A stretch of 64,000 nt of DNA from the human T2T-CHM13v2.0 reference genome, Homo sapiens. The notes under the pieces were generated by a model, which saw only the letters and a program-made list of their open reading frames with translations, was not told where the DNA came from and made no database searches. The number at the start of each line of letters is the position of its first letter. The first letter of the stretch is position 1. Position numbers and translations under genes: made by a program. Positions 32,981 through 46,900 of this stretch are shown here, one piece after another. The stretch lies in the NCBI RefSeq assembly GCF_009914755.1, contig NC_060928.1, one strand, 5' to 3'.

Positions 32981-33720
32981 TATTAGAAAACAAACCTGCC
33001 AAACATTTAACGGGGCAACAATCCCTATGATTTCTCCATAAACTTCATATTTGGGACCTGTGGCAGTCATTAAATTAAACATTATTTAGCCGTAATGCTT
33101 TCTGATTTTTCATAAAGAAAGTAAATATGAGGAGATGTTCTGAAATTTTATTCCAACATCCCCCTGAATACTTTTGAACACTCCGGGGGCCTCTAGAATA
33201 GAAAATTAAGCTTTTGTAAGGCAAACATGATACTTCACAGACTGTTCCAAGCCAACTTCGCCTGACTCCTCTCCTAACATTGTCTCACCACATATGTAAT
33301 CCTGCAGCCACAGTGGAAACAGCAATCCTTCAATGGCCACCCCTTGCTCTTTCACAAACTAGTGTGTGGGCCTGGAATGTATAACCTCACCTTCCCTGTC
33401 ACAACAACTCCTCCGTGAATTTCACAGCTTCTCTGAAGGTTTCAGCGCCTCCAGCAGAAGTGAACTGCTCCCACCTTTCTTTCTTCAGCAGTCTGTCAGG
33501 AACTCTCAAAATGTGCACAATAGTATCTGCAGTACTTCATCTTTCTCACTAGTTTTTAATATGTCCACAGCAAACATATCTAAGTTTGTTTGGATTAATT
33601 TTTGTAAAAAGGATGATTGCCTGAGCATGTTTTGTATATTGATTTATTTCACCAACATTAAGTACCAAATAAACTATTATATATTCAACTTTGTAAAAGA
33701 ATGGCTGCCAAATTTAGTTG

Positions 33721-33921
33721 TTTTATAAATATGTAAAAATGTGTGTATGTATATGCATATGTATAGACACAGACTCACATTTTCTGTGTGTGTGTTTGTG
33801 TGTGTGTATGTGTATGTATCTATCTCTTTCTTTCACTTACTGCTCCACAACTGGAATGCAGAGGTTAGCTCTGTGAGTGCTATTTTCATCTGTTCAGTTT
33901 ACTCCTGAATTCATACCAACT
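33721..33921 (+). repeat. Direct copy of 28038-28238 (piece B)
   Basis: 199/201 identity, including identical TG-tract lengths. Confidence 0.97.
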
Positions 33922-34889
33922 GGGATTTTGATGGTGGTGGTTGTTTGAAAGGGTATTTTACTGTACTCGTGTTGCATGTATTTGGTTAAGTGTATTTATG
34001 GAATTACTATCATTTTTAACTAAATGAGTCCTCACATCTAGAAAATCGCTTTTATGTAGCCCTAACGTCAAAATTGGAAAAATGAAGATTATTTTACTAA
34101 TACATGACCAAGGCAACATTAAGAAAATGGCAGCTGATATTTCCCCTAATTCTATTATAGGTTATTTTTCAGTTTCATTATATAACATAAACACTACTCA
34201 GATTTATTAAGGAGCTAGCCAAAAACTTAAAATAATCAAGAAGACTATGAAATATGGATTTGACTCTTAAATTCTAAGTGATTAAACTTGTCCTAAGAAT
34301 ATATTTTGTTTTGAGGTATAAGTTAATGATAGTACACAGCAAAATAAATAGTAAGATTTGTAATAAATTAACATCTAGAACATACATGTAAAACCTCTGG
34401 TTTTGTTCAGCAGGGTTTATACTCATGGTCAATCTAGCAATTTACAAATTTTTACTAAACTTTGTGATAAATCTTTAGAAGCCTTATTGGAGATTTCTTG
34501 CAGGGAAGGAATAAAGTCATTAGAGAAAGTGTAGCTCTTTCTGCTGTGGTAAAAATGGCTGAAATCACATGAGAAAAATATGGCAACAAATAAAAATGTA
34601 TTACTTTATCAGCAAATATTTTTAGAAGATGACATAGAAAACACTGCCTTAATCAGAAAAAATAAGTATTAGAATGGATTATATAATATGAGAAATTCAG
34701 TCTTCATTTGGACAAAATGTATGTATTTCCAATATGTGTCAATTTATATTTGCTAGATTGTATTTTTTAAAGGCTGGTTTATTGATATCTATTTTATATA
34801 TAATGAATTCAGTCCGTGCAACATATGAATGTGTTTTGACAAGCACATAAAGTTGTGAAAATATCACCAAAATCAAGATCTAGAACGTA

Positions 34890-35956
34890 TATAGGGGGAC
34901 CTGCCCCAATAATCACGTAGGTTCTTTTCTATTTTTCCTAAGCGTTGGCCGCCTTGAGAAATAAAGGGACAGAGTACAAAAGAGAGAAATTCTAAAGCTG
35001 GGCATCTGGGGGAGACATCACACGTTGGTAGGACCCGTGATACCCTACAAGCCACAAAAACCAGCAAGTTTTTATTAGGGATTTTCAAAAGGGAAGGGAG
35101 TGTGCGAAGAGGTGTGGGTGACAGACATCAAGTACTTAACAGGGTAATAGAATATCACAAGGCAAGTGGAGGCAGGGCAAGATCACAGGACCACAGGACC
35201 GAGGTGAAGTTAAAATTGCTAATGAAGTTTTGGGCACCATTGTCATTGATAACATCTTATCAGGAGACGAGGTTTTGAGATCAACCGGTCTGACTAAAAT
35301 TTATTAAGTGGGAATTTCCTCTTCATAATAAACCTGGGATCACTATGGGAGACTGGAGTTTATTTCATCTCTGCAGCCTCGACCATAAGAGACGACCACG
35401 CCCCAGGGGGACCAGTTTAGAGACCCACCCCCAGGTGCACATTCTCTTTCTCAGGGATGTTCCATGCTGAGAAAAAGAATTCAGCGATATTTCTCCCATT
35501 TGCTTTTGAAAGAGAAATACAGCTCTGTTCCGCCTGGCTCACCGGTGGTCAGAGTTTAAGTTATCTCTCTTATTCCCTGAGCAATTGCTGTTATCCTGTT
35601 CTTTTTTCAAAGTGCCCAGATTTCATATTGTTTAAACACACATGCTGTACAATTTGTGCAGTTAATGCAATTATTACAGGGTTCTGAGGCAATATACATC
35701 CTCCTCAGCTGACAGGATTAAGAGATTAAAGTAAAGACAGGCATAGGAAATCACAAGGGTATTGATTGGGGAAGTGGTAAGTGTCCATGAAATCTTCACA
35801 ACTTATGTTTAGAGATTGCAGTAAAGACAGGCATAAGAAATTATGAAAGTATTAATTTGGGGAACTAACAAATGTCCATAAAATCTTCACAATCCATGTT
35901 CTTCTGCCATGGTTTCAGCGGGTCCCTCCATTTGGGGTCCCTGACTTCCCACAACA
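34890..35956 (-). mobile_element. MER11 (HERV-K11/HML-8) solo LTR, probably MER11C
   Basis: Minus strand starts tgttgtgggaagtcagggacccc; 1067 bp; perfect 6-bp TSD aacgta at 34884-34889 and 35957-35962. Confidence 0.9.
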
Positions 35957-36389
35957 AACGTATCCATCATCATCCACCCCTCTCCCACTATCAGCTCTGG
36001 GGGCCTCTGGACTCCATTTTAATAATAAAATACACAAAACAACTGAGATAAAGAGCTCAAATTTTGAAGACAGAGTCAATAGAGGACCTTGGGCATGGTA
36101 TCTATCCTCTCTTTGCTTCACTTTCCTCACCTGCATAAGTGGGTTAACAATATGATCTACCATACAGCATTTAGAATAGAACAATGCCTATCTTAAGGAC
36201 TACGTAAGTGTTTGTAAAATACACTACAGTTTTTTGAGCCTCAAAAGGAAAGATGTGCTGGAGAAGGTCTATTTTCCACAGGAAATGACCTCTTTCAGTG
36301 TATTTAAACACACAGGGTGAAACCAAAGTTTTCAAAATAAGAAATCCTATGCAGTAACATCATTCTCACAGAAGTTTGGGTTAATGGCT

Positions 36390-37290
36390 CCATTCTTACA
36401 GTTCTTTGGGCACAAATTATTGGAGTAGTTCTTTAATCCTCTATCTCACACATCCATCAGCATATTCTGTCTGACCACTTCTAACACCTCTTAGGCTACT
36501 ACCTTTGTCCAAATCACAGTCCTCTTCTGTGTGGATAATTACATCACCCTCCTGTTTTCCTTGCTCCACTGTTGTCACAGACAGCAAATGGAGACCTGTT
36601 CCATCTTCAACCTTCTCTGCTCTCCAGCTGCCCTGGCTTCATTGCTGCGTGTGGAACACACTAGGCCACTCTACCTAAGAGTGTGGGCCTTTCTACCTAT
36701 CAGTCTTCCCAGTTATTCATGTGGCTTGTTTCCTAGACTTCAGGTATTCTCTTCTCATGGCAGCCTTCCCTGCACATTCCCATTTAAAATGGAAACTGTT
36801 TGGGAGTAGCCTCTACCCCCATCTCCTGCCTTATTTTTTCTCCAGAGCATACATTACCACATTACACAAAATTTGTTTATTGCCTCCTTCCATTATTTTA
36901 TGTATTCTAAATATTTCCTCTTTATAGCATCCTTTTAATTTCTGTTTTTATGTGTCTTTTATATTGCACCATTGGCTTTGCTCATGGATTTGTATATTAG
37001 AAAGATAACTCTGGAAGCAGCATGCATGATCATGTGACTGGAGGCAGGTGGATTACCCAGGAAATATTTGCAATAACTCAGGTGAGGTATGAGAAAGATC
37101 CAGTTTAACACAACAACAATGGGGATTGAGTGGGAGTAACACATTTAAGATTATTTAGAAGGCAGTTGATAGGTCTTAGTGACTGATTGCATTTGAGTAG
37201 TGAGAGAAAAGTTGAAATCAGGAATGAGTCGCAGGTTTGAAAGTGGCAACCCTGTTTGTGATGGGGCCATTTATTGAGCAGTGTAGGGAG
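36390..37290. mobile_element. L2 remnants (plus, then minus)
   Basis: ccacttctaacacctc...ctgtgtggataattac; agaaagataactctggaagcag...agtgactgattgcatttgag. Confidence 0.55.
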
Positions 37291-38629
37291 CAGAATTCTT
37301 TGCTTATTTGCTTTTATACACTTTTTATACAGTAACGATGTAATGTCTTCACAGAAATAGTAATGTCTGTTTTTTTACAGAAATAATATCCAGAGCCAGA
37401 TGTTAATTTTCATCTCTAGGTAGGAGTGATTTCTATAAATTTACACTTTAAACTGAAGGTCATTAATTGTGTCGCTTTTTTACCCCTTTTTTTTATAGAA
37501 AATTTAAAAAGAAGTTTTGGTTTGCTATGAGATTATGTTTTCTAATTAATTTCAAAACCACAGTCAGAATGTGTGGGATGTAAAAACTGGCTATGGGCAG
37601 GGTAAAAGCACATTAATTATTCAGACAGTCATTCCTGCTTATTCCTCTCTTGGAGATATCGTGGCTGTCAGAATCTGTCAGCTGTATATAGTTAGTGCCC
37701 TTCAGAATTTACATGCATAAATGGTGACCTTTAGAAATCTACATAAAGATAAGTCTGGCATTCGAATGATAGCTGCCAGTCAGTTGAGCAAAGCAAAAGT
37801 TGTCAGCTACTACTTAATCCACAGAGCAGGCTGTGAAGCCATGAACAGCAAATGGAGTGTATACAAAACAACAATAATACTTTTTTTCCCTCCAAAACAA
37901 AAATAAAATTCATTTTTAACAGAATTTTACAAAGGTTATAACCAATTATTTGGATCAGTATTTTTGGTGTGTATAGCTTTTCTCACTAAATCTGTTAAAA
38001 CTTATGTTAAATTTTAAAATAATGACTAATTTTAAAATTTAGTTATTTTAAAATAAATGTTTATTACTAGATTTTTATGTTACAAAGTGAGTGCATACTC
38101 ATTTTTCTGTTAACTCTCTATTTTTTCTTATTTTTATGGCTAAACCCTGAGCTAGCAGTAGCCCAGTCAAAATCTTGTGTTCTGATCCTTGTCTTGACCA
38201 GACCTTAGTTATCTTAAAGTGTCCACAGCTGTGTCTAATCCACGGCATTGAAAAAATATTATGATGGTCCAAAAAAGGCTGCTTATTTCTGCCTGAATCA
38301 AGGATGCTACGTTGAATAGAATGAGGTCTGTTCTGAGCTATAAATATTTATAGATCGGTGTTTTGTGTCATAGCTAAACAGTGCATTATTAGCTATTGAC
38401 ATTTTGTTTTCTTGCAGGAGGGGGATTTGTTCATTGTTCTCTTTCAGTTGGCAATATACATTTAAATTTTTTGAGAACATACATTTAAAATTAGTTATTG
38501 TAAATATTTGATGAATTAACAAATAGATACACCCATGCAACCACAACTGTTGCCTTTCCATCTGTATTTATGCTTGTAGTCTTTTTGTTTGTATGCTTTG
38601 TTTTCTGTAGAAAATTCTATGAAATGGAA

Positions 38630-39520
38630 AACCTGTAGAGAATTGTGTAATTTTTACCACAATTAGGATACAAAACAGTTTTATCACCTAAAAATTCCCT
38701 AGTGCTGCTTCTGTGTAGTCAAACTCTGCCTCTGCCCCTAACTCCCCGGCAGCCACTGGCCTGTTCTCCATTCCTATGTATCGTACAATGTGTAGCCTTT
38801 TGTGATTGACTTCTTTTTCTCAGCATAATGCCTTTGAGGTTCATCCCTGTTGTTGAGTGCCCCAATAATTCATTCCTTTTTAAATTGCTGATTAATATTT
38901 TATTGTATAGATGTATCTCAGTTCATTTATCTACCTATTGAAAAACACTTGAGTTATTTCTAATTTGTAATGATAATAAAGATTGTGTTAGTTCATTGGT
39001 ACGCCTATAAAATACTGCTAGTACAAGGCAATTTATAAACAGAAAAGGGTTTATTGTGGCTCATAGTTCTCCAGGCTGCACAGGAAGCATGGCCCCGGCA
39101 TCTGTTCCTGCTGGGGGCCTCAGGGAATTTACTGTCATGGCAGAAGGCAAAGAGGGCCCAGTGTAGCTCATGGCCAGAGAGAAAGCAAGAGACACAGGTG
39201 GGGGTGGTGCCACACTCTTTTAAAAAAACAGATCTCACGTGAACTCAGAGTGAGAACTCACTCCTTACCTCAAGAAGGGTACCAAGCCATTCATGAGGGA
39301 TTCACCTCCATGACCCAATCACCTCATACCAGGCTACACCTCTGGCATTAGGGATTACATTTCAACATGATGTTTGGAGGGGACAAACATCCAAACCACA
39401 TCAAAGTTGTTATGAACATTCATTTGCAATGTGTGTGAGTCTGCATGTATGTGCGTAAGTTTTCATCACTCTAGGTTAAATACCCAAGTGTGGGATTGCT
39501 GGTCATATAGTAAGTCTATC
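38630..39520 (-). mobile_element. L1M 3' fragment split by an MST LTR
   Basis: ccctaactccccggcagccactggcctgttctcc; cagcataatgcctttgaggttcatcc; resumes atacccaagtgtgggattgctggtcata. Confidence 0.7.
38984..39403 (-). mobile_element. MaLR solo LTR, MSTB-like
   Basis: TG...CA, 420 bp, ggctcatagttctccaggctg, tttcaacatgatgtttggaggggacaaacatccaaacc; TSD aagat/aagtt. Confidence 0.85.
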
Positions 39521-39678
39521 TATTGATTTTTTTTTTATTTCTAAGTTTCATTTCTATTACCTGTTTTGTTCCAGTTTCTATTTATTTCTATTTATGGTGT
39601 CATTTTTATTAAATTGATGGTATGCAGAAAGTTTTATCTTCTTCAAACACTGGATTTTGTTAATTTTTTTAACACTAG

Positions 39679-40067
<389 letters not shown>

Positions 40068-40301
40068 AAAATGCTACTTTTATGATATTTTCCTTCCATG
40101 ATATTTTTGTCTTTTCTTTATGAGTTTTGTCTTGTTTCCTATCGTAGATGATGCCAAAACAATTGACCATAGAAATAAGGTTTAACTGTTTTCGGTACTG
40201 GATGGATATTCAGCTGTTTTATTCTAATTAAAGCTCACGTCAAGTGCCCTTCAGAATTTACACGCATAAATGGTTTTCTTTTTACATAGAAAAGAGTCTC
40301 A

Positions 40302-40658
<357 letters not shown>

Positions 40659-42857
40659 TCATGAGAAAATATTTACAAATATATTCTAACAAATTTGGTC
40701 ATCTAGTATACAAAACCTCTCAGATTAAATACACCAAATTATGAAACGATGGAAATACTAACAACAAAACATGAATCTGGCATTGGATATTGGGAATATG
40801 AACCAAATAAACACTAAAAATCATCATAAAATTATTAAATATAGCTGGCTACATCTCTTATATGTCACAGCAAAGTTTCTCTATCTATCTAAGAGCCGCT
40901 GAGTTATACACAATTTTCGAATGTGGTTCCTATTAGGAAGAACCCTGGATAAGGTTCTCTTCATTCTAACCCTGGTTTTGCCATTAACTTGCTCTGAGAC
41001 CCAGGACACACCACACAGTCTCCCTGGATTGTAGTGTTCTCATTTGTCCAATTAGCAAGAACAGCACTAGATTATCCATAAATGACCTTCTTGATCTAAA
41101 AAAATATGATGTTGCAATTCTGTGATGGTCTTGGGTCATTGAGAAGAAAAAGTTAGTTGGCCTCTGTGTTTAGTATACTCTGTCAGAAGTCAATGATATG
41201 CACATTTTTAAAGACCTTAAAAAAATACTTAAAGAAAAACAGTTTTGGTGCCTGACAGAAATCCACTAAGTAATCCAGAAGCTTAAATATTATAGAATCA
41301 TTAATTTTTGTAATGTTTTTCAAAATTTTAATATTAAAAAACTTTTAGATGTAATTTAGATTAAGCAAATACAAGAGTAAATGTAAACTCATTTCCTCAT
41401 TTTTTTAGTATAATGAGATTTTATTGAGAATTACATTTTTCAATTTTTTTCAGAATTTAAAATGTCAATAATAATTTAGAGCCTTTACTTAATTATGAAA
41501 CACAGGCTTTATTATAAATTATCATTTTTTTCAGGGTGAATATACATTTTTAAAAGTTTCAAGCTTATATACTTACAAGAAAAGGAGACATTAAAAATAT
41601 TACTTTTACTTCTATTGGTGTAATGCAGAACATTAAGTACCATCTTTCAAATGCTAATTTGAAATGCTAATGAATATCATCATAACTCTTGAAGAGGAAT
41701 GAAGAATAAAATATGTCAATTTTAATTTACTTTAAAATAAATCATTTATTTAGTACATATTGTATTAGTGTCTGGTGTGCATAAGACCTCGGCTGTGTTG
41801 TGGAGTAATAATGTCATACCATCTGGAGAAAATTGGAAGTCTAGTTGGGGCTACAGAAACATGTACTGCTAGCTGTATGATAATATGACAAGTACTCTAA
41901 TAGGAACATGAGGAATAGAGAGTAATTAATTCTTAACAAAATTCTTTGTGAAAACTTTGCAGAATTTATAGCATATAAAAAGGGTCTTATTAGTGGAGAA
42001 CAGAGAATGGTCATTCTAAGAGTACGGTCATGGTAAGACCATATTATTTATTATAGAATAATGAATAATCTCTTTTGGAGAGAATATAATTTTCCTGAGT
42101 GATAGAGTATTGGATAAAGAAGCAAACAAGAGGAAATTTAAGGACATATTAGGAAAAATCTTTTTATATTATTATGTGTTTAGTAGGGACCTAAGTATAC
42201 ATATCATATTGTTCTCTTAAAGAATAAGATCTCTAAAGAGTGTAAGACATACATTAAAGATGGGATAAAATGATCAGATAAAAATCTGAGATGGATGGCT
42301 GGATCGGATAGCTACAGTATTCTTTGAACTGTTCCCAAAATGCAGTGCCCTGAGCACTGATGAAAAGTTCAAATGACAAACTCCCCTTACTGAACTTTTA
42401 CACAAACCATTGAAATATATACATTTAGAATTTATTTGGCCCAGGAATACCACACTTTTTCTTCTTTAAAACATTACAAATTTACACTTAAATATAAAAA
42501 AAAATTACGTATCTTCCCTATCCATCCAATATACAATACATGTAGTTGTTTTCCCTTGATTTCTAAAATGTGTTTGTGGAAGAGAATTTAAGTGCTTTAA
42601 AAAAAGAAATAAAGAAATTGGATTGCTTGGTTTGGCTTACTGCTGCCTTGAATGTTCTGAGAACAATAATGCAATTAGCTAAAATGTTTATTCACAAAAT
42701 TTAATTCCTGGGGAGTATATTCTCAAATTGCCTCTTACAAGTGTAATGGAAGCAAGCAGTTGTTTGTTGGCTTTGCTGCCAAAATTCTGAATGGCTAGAT
42801 TTTTATAAAACTTGGGTATAATGTATGTATAATCTTGTAAACTCTCCATTTTAAAAC

Positions 42858-42903
42858 GAAGAAACTAAATTTATGAAGAAACTAAATAATGAAGAAACTA
42901 AAT
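42858..42903. repeat. Three copies of gaagaaactaaat
   Basis: Copies at 42858, 42875 and 42891. Confidence 0.9.
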
Positions 42904-43297
42904 TTTACACATACTTTTGTTAATTGTGTTCTCAGCCACAAATGAAGAAATCTTCAGTGTTATTAATTCCACAAATAAAAATTTTAATAGATTACGTTTC
43001 ATTTCAATTTAATTTCATACCTGATTAAATATGCTGAATTAATAGTATTCTTGGATTGTCAGTTCCGGGACAATCTAGTGATAAGGTGGTTGAAAATATA
43101 AGTGTGGTATTTATTCTAGACAAAGTATAAATATCCAAGAAAAATGAATGCTTCTTCTCATTACACCAGTATCAGTCAGTATTGCAGCAGTAATTCCCTA
43201 TGATAACACCTTTGAAAAGAATTGCTAATAGGACAAGGACAGAGGAAATGTATTATAAAAACCTTTGCTGTATATATGCTTATATGGCTTGTGAAAG

Positions 43298-43937
43298 GCA
43301 CATTGTGCTAATGCTAATTGATAAACAAAGAATAATGAATTAATGGAGTCTTCACCAAACTAACCAGGGTGTTTTGTTGTTATGAGACCATAATTTATTC
43401 ACAAAACTTATACAGATAATTTCTATTAACTTTGCTTTACTGTATTATGTTATTTCAGGTGCTTTCTCAGCTGGCTTATTTTCTAGCTGCAGTTAAAACA
43501 TACTCACTATTATATGTTAATTTTACATGACAAATATAATAAAAACATGAAGGTTTTAATAGGTAATGACCTATTCTGAATTTGTTCAGTAAAATATAAC
43601 AAATTAAAGCTTTCATTGAAAAAAATAGCCAATTATAACCCATTTGAAAGAGACCAGAAAATGATAATATATCAGAAAATGATAAGATATCTGAAAATGT
43701 TTTAACTGGCATGGACTTCAATAAAATACAAGGGAACAAATTTAATATAAAACAATTTGGAAAATTTTGATATGGAGGGGAATAGCTGAACTGTTAATGT
43801 AGAAGGAGGAACGCACAGATTTGTTATCCCACCTGTTGAGAGCGCATTGTGCTAATGCTAATTGACAAACAAGGAATAATGAATGAATGGAGTCTCCACC
43901 AAACTAACCAGGTTGTTTTGTTGTTATGAGACCATAA
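43298..43937 (+). repeat. 96-bp interspersed direct duplication (43298-43393 and 43842-43937)
   Basis: 90/96 identity, no indels. Confidence 0.95.
43655..43700. repeat. 18-bp tandem repeat, ~2.5 copies
   Basis: cagaaaatgataatatat cagaaaatgataagatat ctgaaaatg. Confidence 0.9.
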
Positions 43938-46900
43938 GTTGGGAAAACCACATCTGAATTGAGATCATATTCAAATTGCGTTTACTATAGCCTGTTTTAG
44001 CTAAGGAGGGAAAGGATTTATTTGTAAATTGCTACCTACAGTGTGCTTTTCACCCAAATGCTTGACAGATTTCCCGTACATACATGTCATCTAGTACAAC
44101 ATCCTTTTAGCTTTAGATGTAGCAGAAAGTGAACTTTTAACAAAGTTTAAAATTAATGAAAAACCATTAGATTTTTCTCATTATTTATATTTATGTTTAA
44201 TATATTTAGAATGCAAACTAAGTTATAATGTTGGCCCATTTCTGTCATTACTGATGATAAAGTTTTTAAATTTAAAAAAGAAATTATTTACCTTTGTTGA
44301 TAATGCCATAAATCAGACCAAATTGAGTATTTAAAAAAAAAACTTTTATAGGAATATACATATCAAATTACATAATCACATTTGTGATGTTAATCAGTAA
44401 GGAGAGATTCTTACTTGGTTTACATTGGCTGAATGATTGCCAACTTGATTCAGTCGAACTGAGGTGTTTGGCATTATTTCATTTTAAGGACTTTGACCTC
44501 TAACAACATATTTTACAGTGTAGGTCAAAATGATGAGTAACCAACACAATTTTGACTTTCCCAATCACTACCTTTTCTGTTGCATCAAAGCTTATATCAT
44601 CCAGGAGGGAAATCTTTGTCATTATTATTAATGCATAAAGTAGTAACTATAAATTTACTATAAATCTACTTTTTTTTCCAGCAAATGGATTCATTTATAA
44701 TTCAATGCTAATAACATGTATTTTCATAGTACTTTGGCCTTTTTGAAACTTCTCACATGTAAATGCATATTCAAGTTAACTTCACTGAGTGTCTATTATG
44801 TTCCAGGCAATATGAAACATGCTTTCATGTAATTTACTAAATAATTTGTTAGCCTAGTAAGGAATATATTATTATTATTATTATTATTCCTGCTGAATGA
44901 GACTTTGGTTCAGGAAAATAAAGGTTTATATTTTATTAGTTTTCTAATATGATAAGTATATATTTATACTATAAAATAATACAAAACAATAACAATAGTG
45001 CAGTTTCTAGGACTTCAATATTTTAGCAAATATCATCAAATTTTATGACATTATTTATAATTGTTACCAAATTATATAAAGTTATGTCTTTTAAACCACA
45101 AACTTTTTTTCTTGCAGATTAACATTGCCTCTTTTTCCTGTTGTTAAAACCTTTTCACTTTTTCTCCTCACAAACTTTTTAAATTGCAAATGAATTTCAC
45201 AATCATTCTAGGAAGTAATCCATTTACAGAAAAAGAAATTAAGGAACAAGACAGATGTGACTGAAGCTGAGTCACGCTCCATTTGTGTTCTATCCAGCCT
45301 TAAACACAAATAGTCAAAAAGAAATGAGGCAAGTGTGGGGATGTGGGGTGGGAAATATGAAAGCACATGACCTTCTGTGGTCCTGCTTTTTCAGATTCCT
45401 TCAGGACCCACTTTATTGCCTAGAGAGTTATGAGTTGAAAGCATCTCTTTTAGCTCTCAATTCCTGGTTTGCTCTGTTGTTTATTTCCTCACTTACTTTT
45501 CCACCACATAGCCAGAATACCAGTATTCCTAAGATTCTGGGTGAGAACAATTCTGTGCTTCAGTTTTCTAATTGCTTCATATGAATACCTCTACCAGGAA
45601 GATTTGAGAACCCATAGTATTAGCTAATTTCCTATAAAAAAAATTGTCAGTATTAACTGGCCTTTTCAGGCTGCAAAGGGTATGTTGAACCTCTTATCAC
45701 TAAGAATCATTTCTCCAAAGACAGATTTTAAACTTTAAATGAAAATCTCTATTTCTCTGTCTTTTACTCCCAAGATCACTGGAATGTATAGCTGTTGAAA
45801 ATATAATGGGTAAATAATAAAGTGGTCATTGGAGAGCTATCCATGCTGTAATTTGAACAGGCAAGTAAATCTGGACAGATGCTCTGTTGAAATTTCTGGA
45901 GGGAGCCATTCTTCATATTATTGTAGATGTCTTTATCACACTCACTAGGCTAGACTCTGAGTGATGAAATAATAAAGCGATATTGGTTTTGATGTGTTTT
46001 ACTTTACCTTGTGAACAAAATCATTGAACAATGTCTCACTGAAACTGCAATCCTGAAAGTGTTAATGTTCTTTGTGATATGTTCAAGAATTAAGAATAAG
46101 AAATAGTTGAAAGAAATATGATTAAAGAGTATTTTACTAGAAAGCAGATTTTGAAACTTTAAAAAGAAAAAAATGATGATTTTTACTTTGAATTTGGGTG
46201 AATTGAAAAAAAAATCAATTTTAGTAGACCCTTCATTAAATATCATGGAGTGAGAATGATGAGCCTTCGTAAATGTATTGACAATAAATGACACCACATT
46301 CCAACCTGAAGATTGATTATTCTTTTTTCACTGAGATCAGTTATCTTTTTTTTTTCTTATGTCTATTAATATTTAAGACCTGGCAAGAATTTTGTATTTA
46401 AAATCTTCAGCCAGACCTGATTAGCAAGTTTAATTCATGTTGGTCCTATCTAGCAAACTTAACCTGATGTATTACTTGGTAAAGTAATTACTTCTTTTTT
46501 GCCTTTCCTGTCTTCCCTAGGTTTTGCTGACCATTCCATCCTTTTGGCTTCTTCTCTTTTTTTATCCTCCCACTTCACTTATGGAACCTCTGGTTTACAA
46601 TGTCTTTCACTCTCTCTCTTCTCTCTCTCTCTCTGTCTCTCAATATATTTTACTCCCTTGCCATAGTCTTGAAATAAGAACTGATATATTCAAAGGATCT
46701 TTCAAAATCTAATATCTAATCTGATGTAAGAACATGTAAATAAAGGAATCTTAATTTTTATCTTCCTCTTTCCTCTCCTCTTGTCTTTTATGTGTACTTT
46801 TTCTCCTTCCAAAACTGTGTTTCCTTAACTTCCCACAACCCCCACCAAAACACACACATATATGTGCTTTTTCTTCCATCATTCTGTCTAACTGCAAAGA

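Noticed and set aside
32328-33921. Twin-primed processed retrocopy as the origin of the mosaic
   Set aside because: Geometry fits, but there is no poly-A after 33921, no TSD, and the GAATT junction is not a splice junction.
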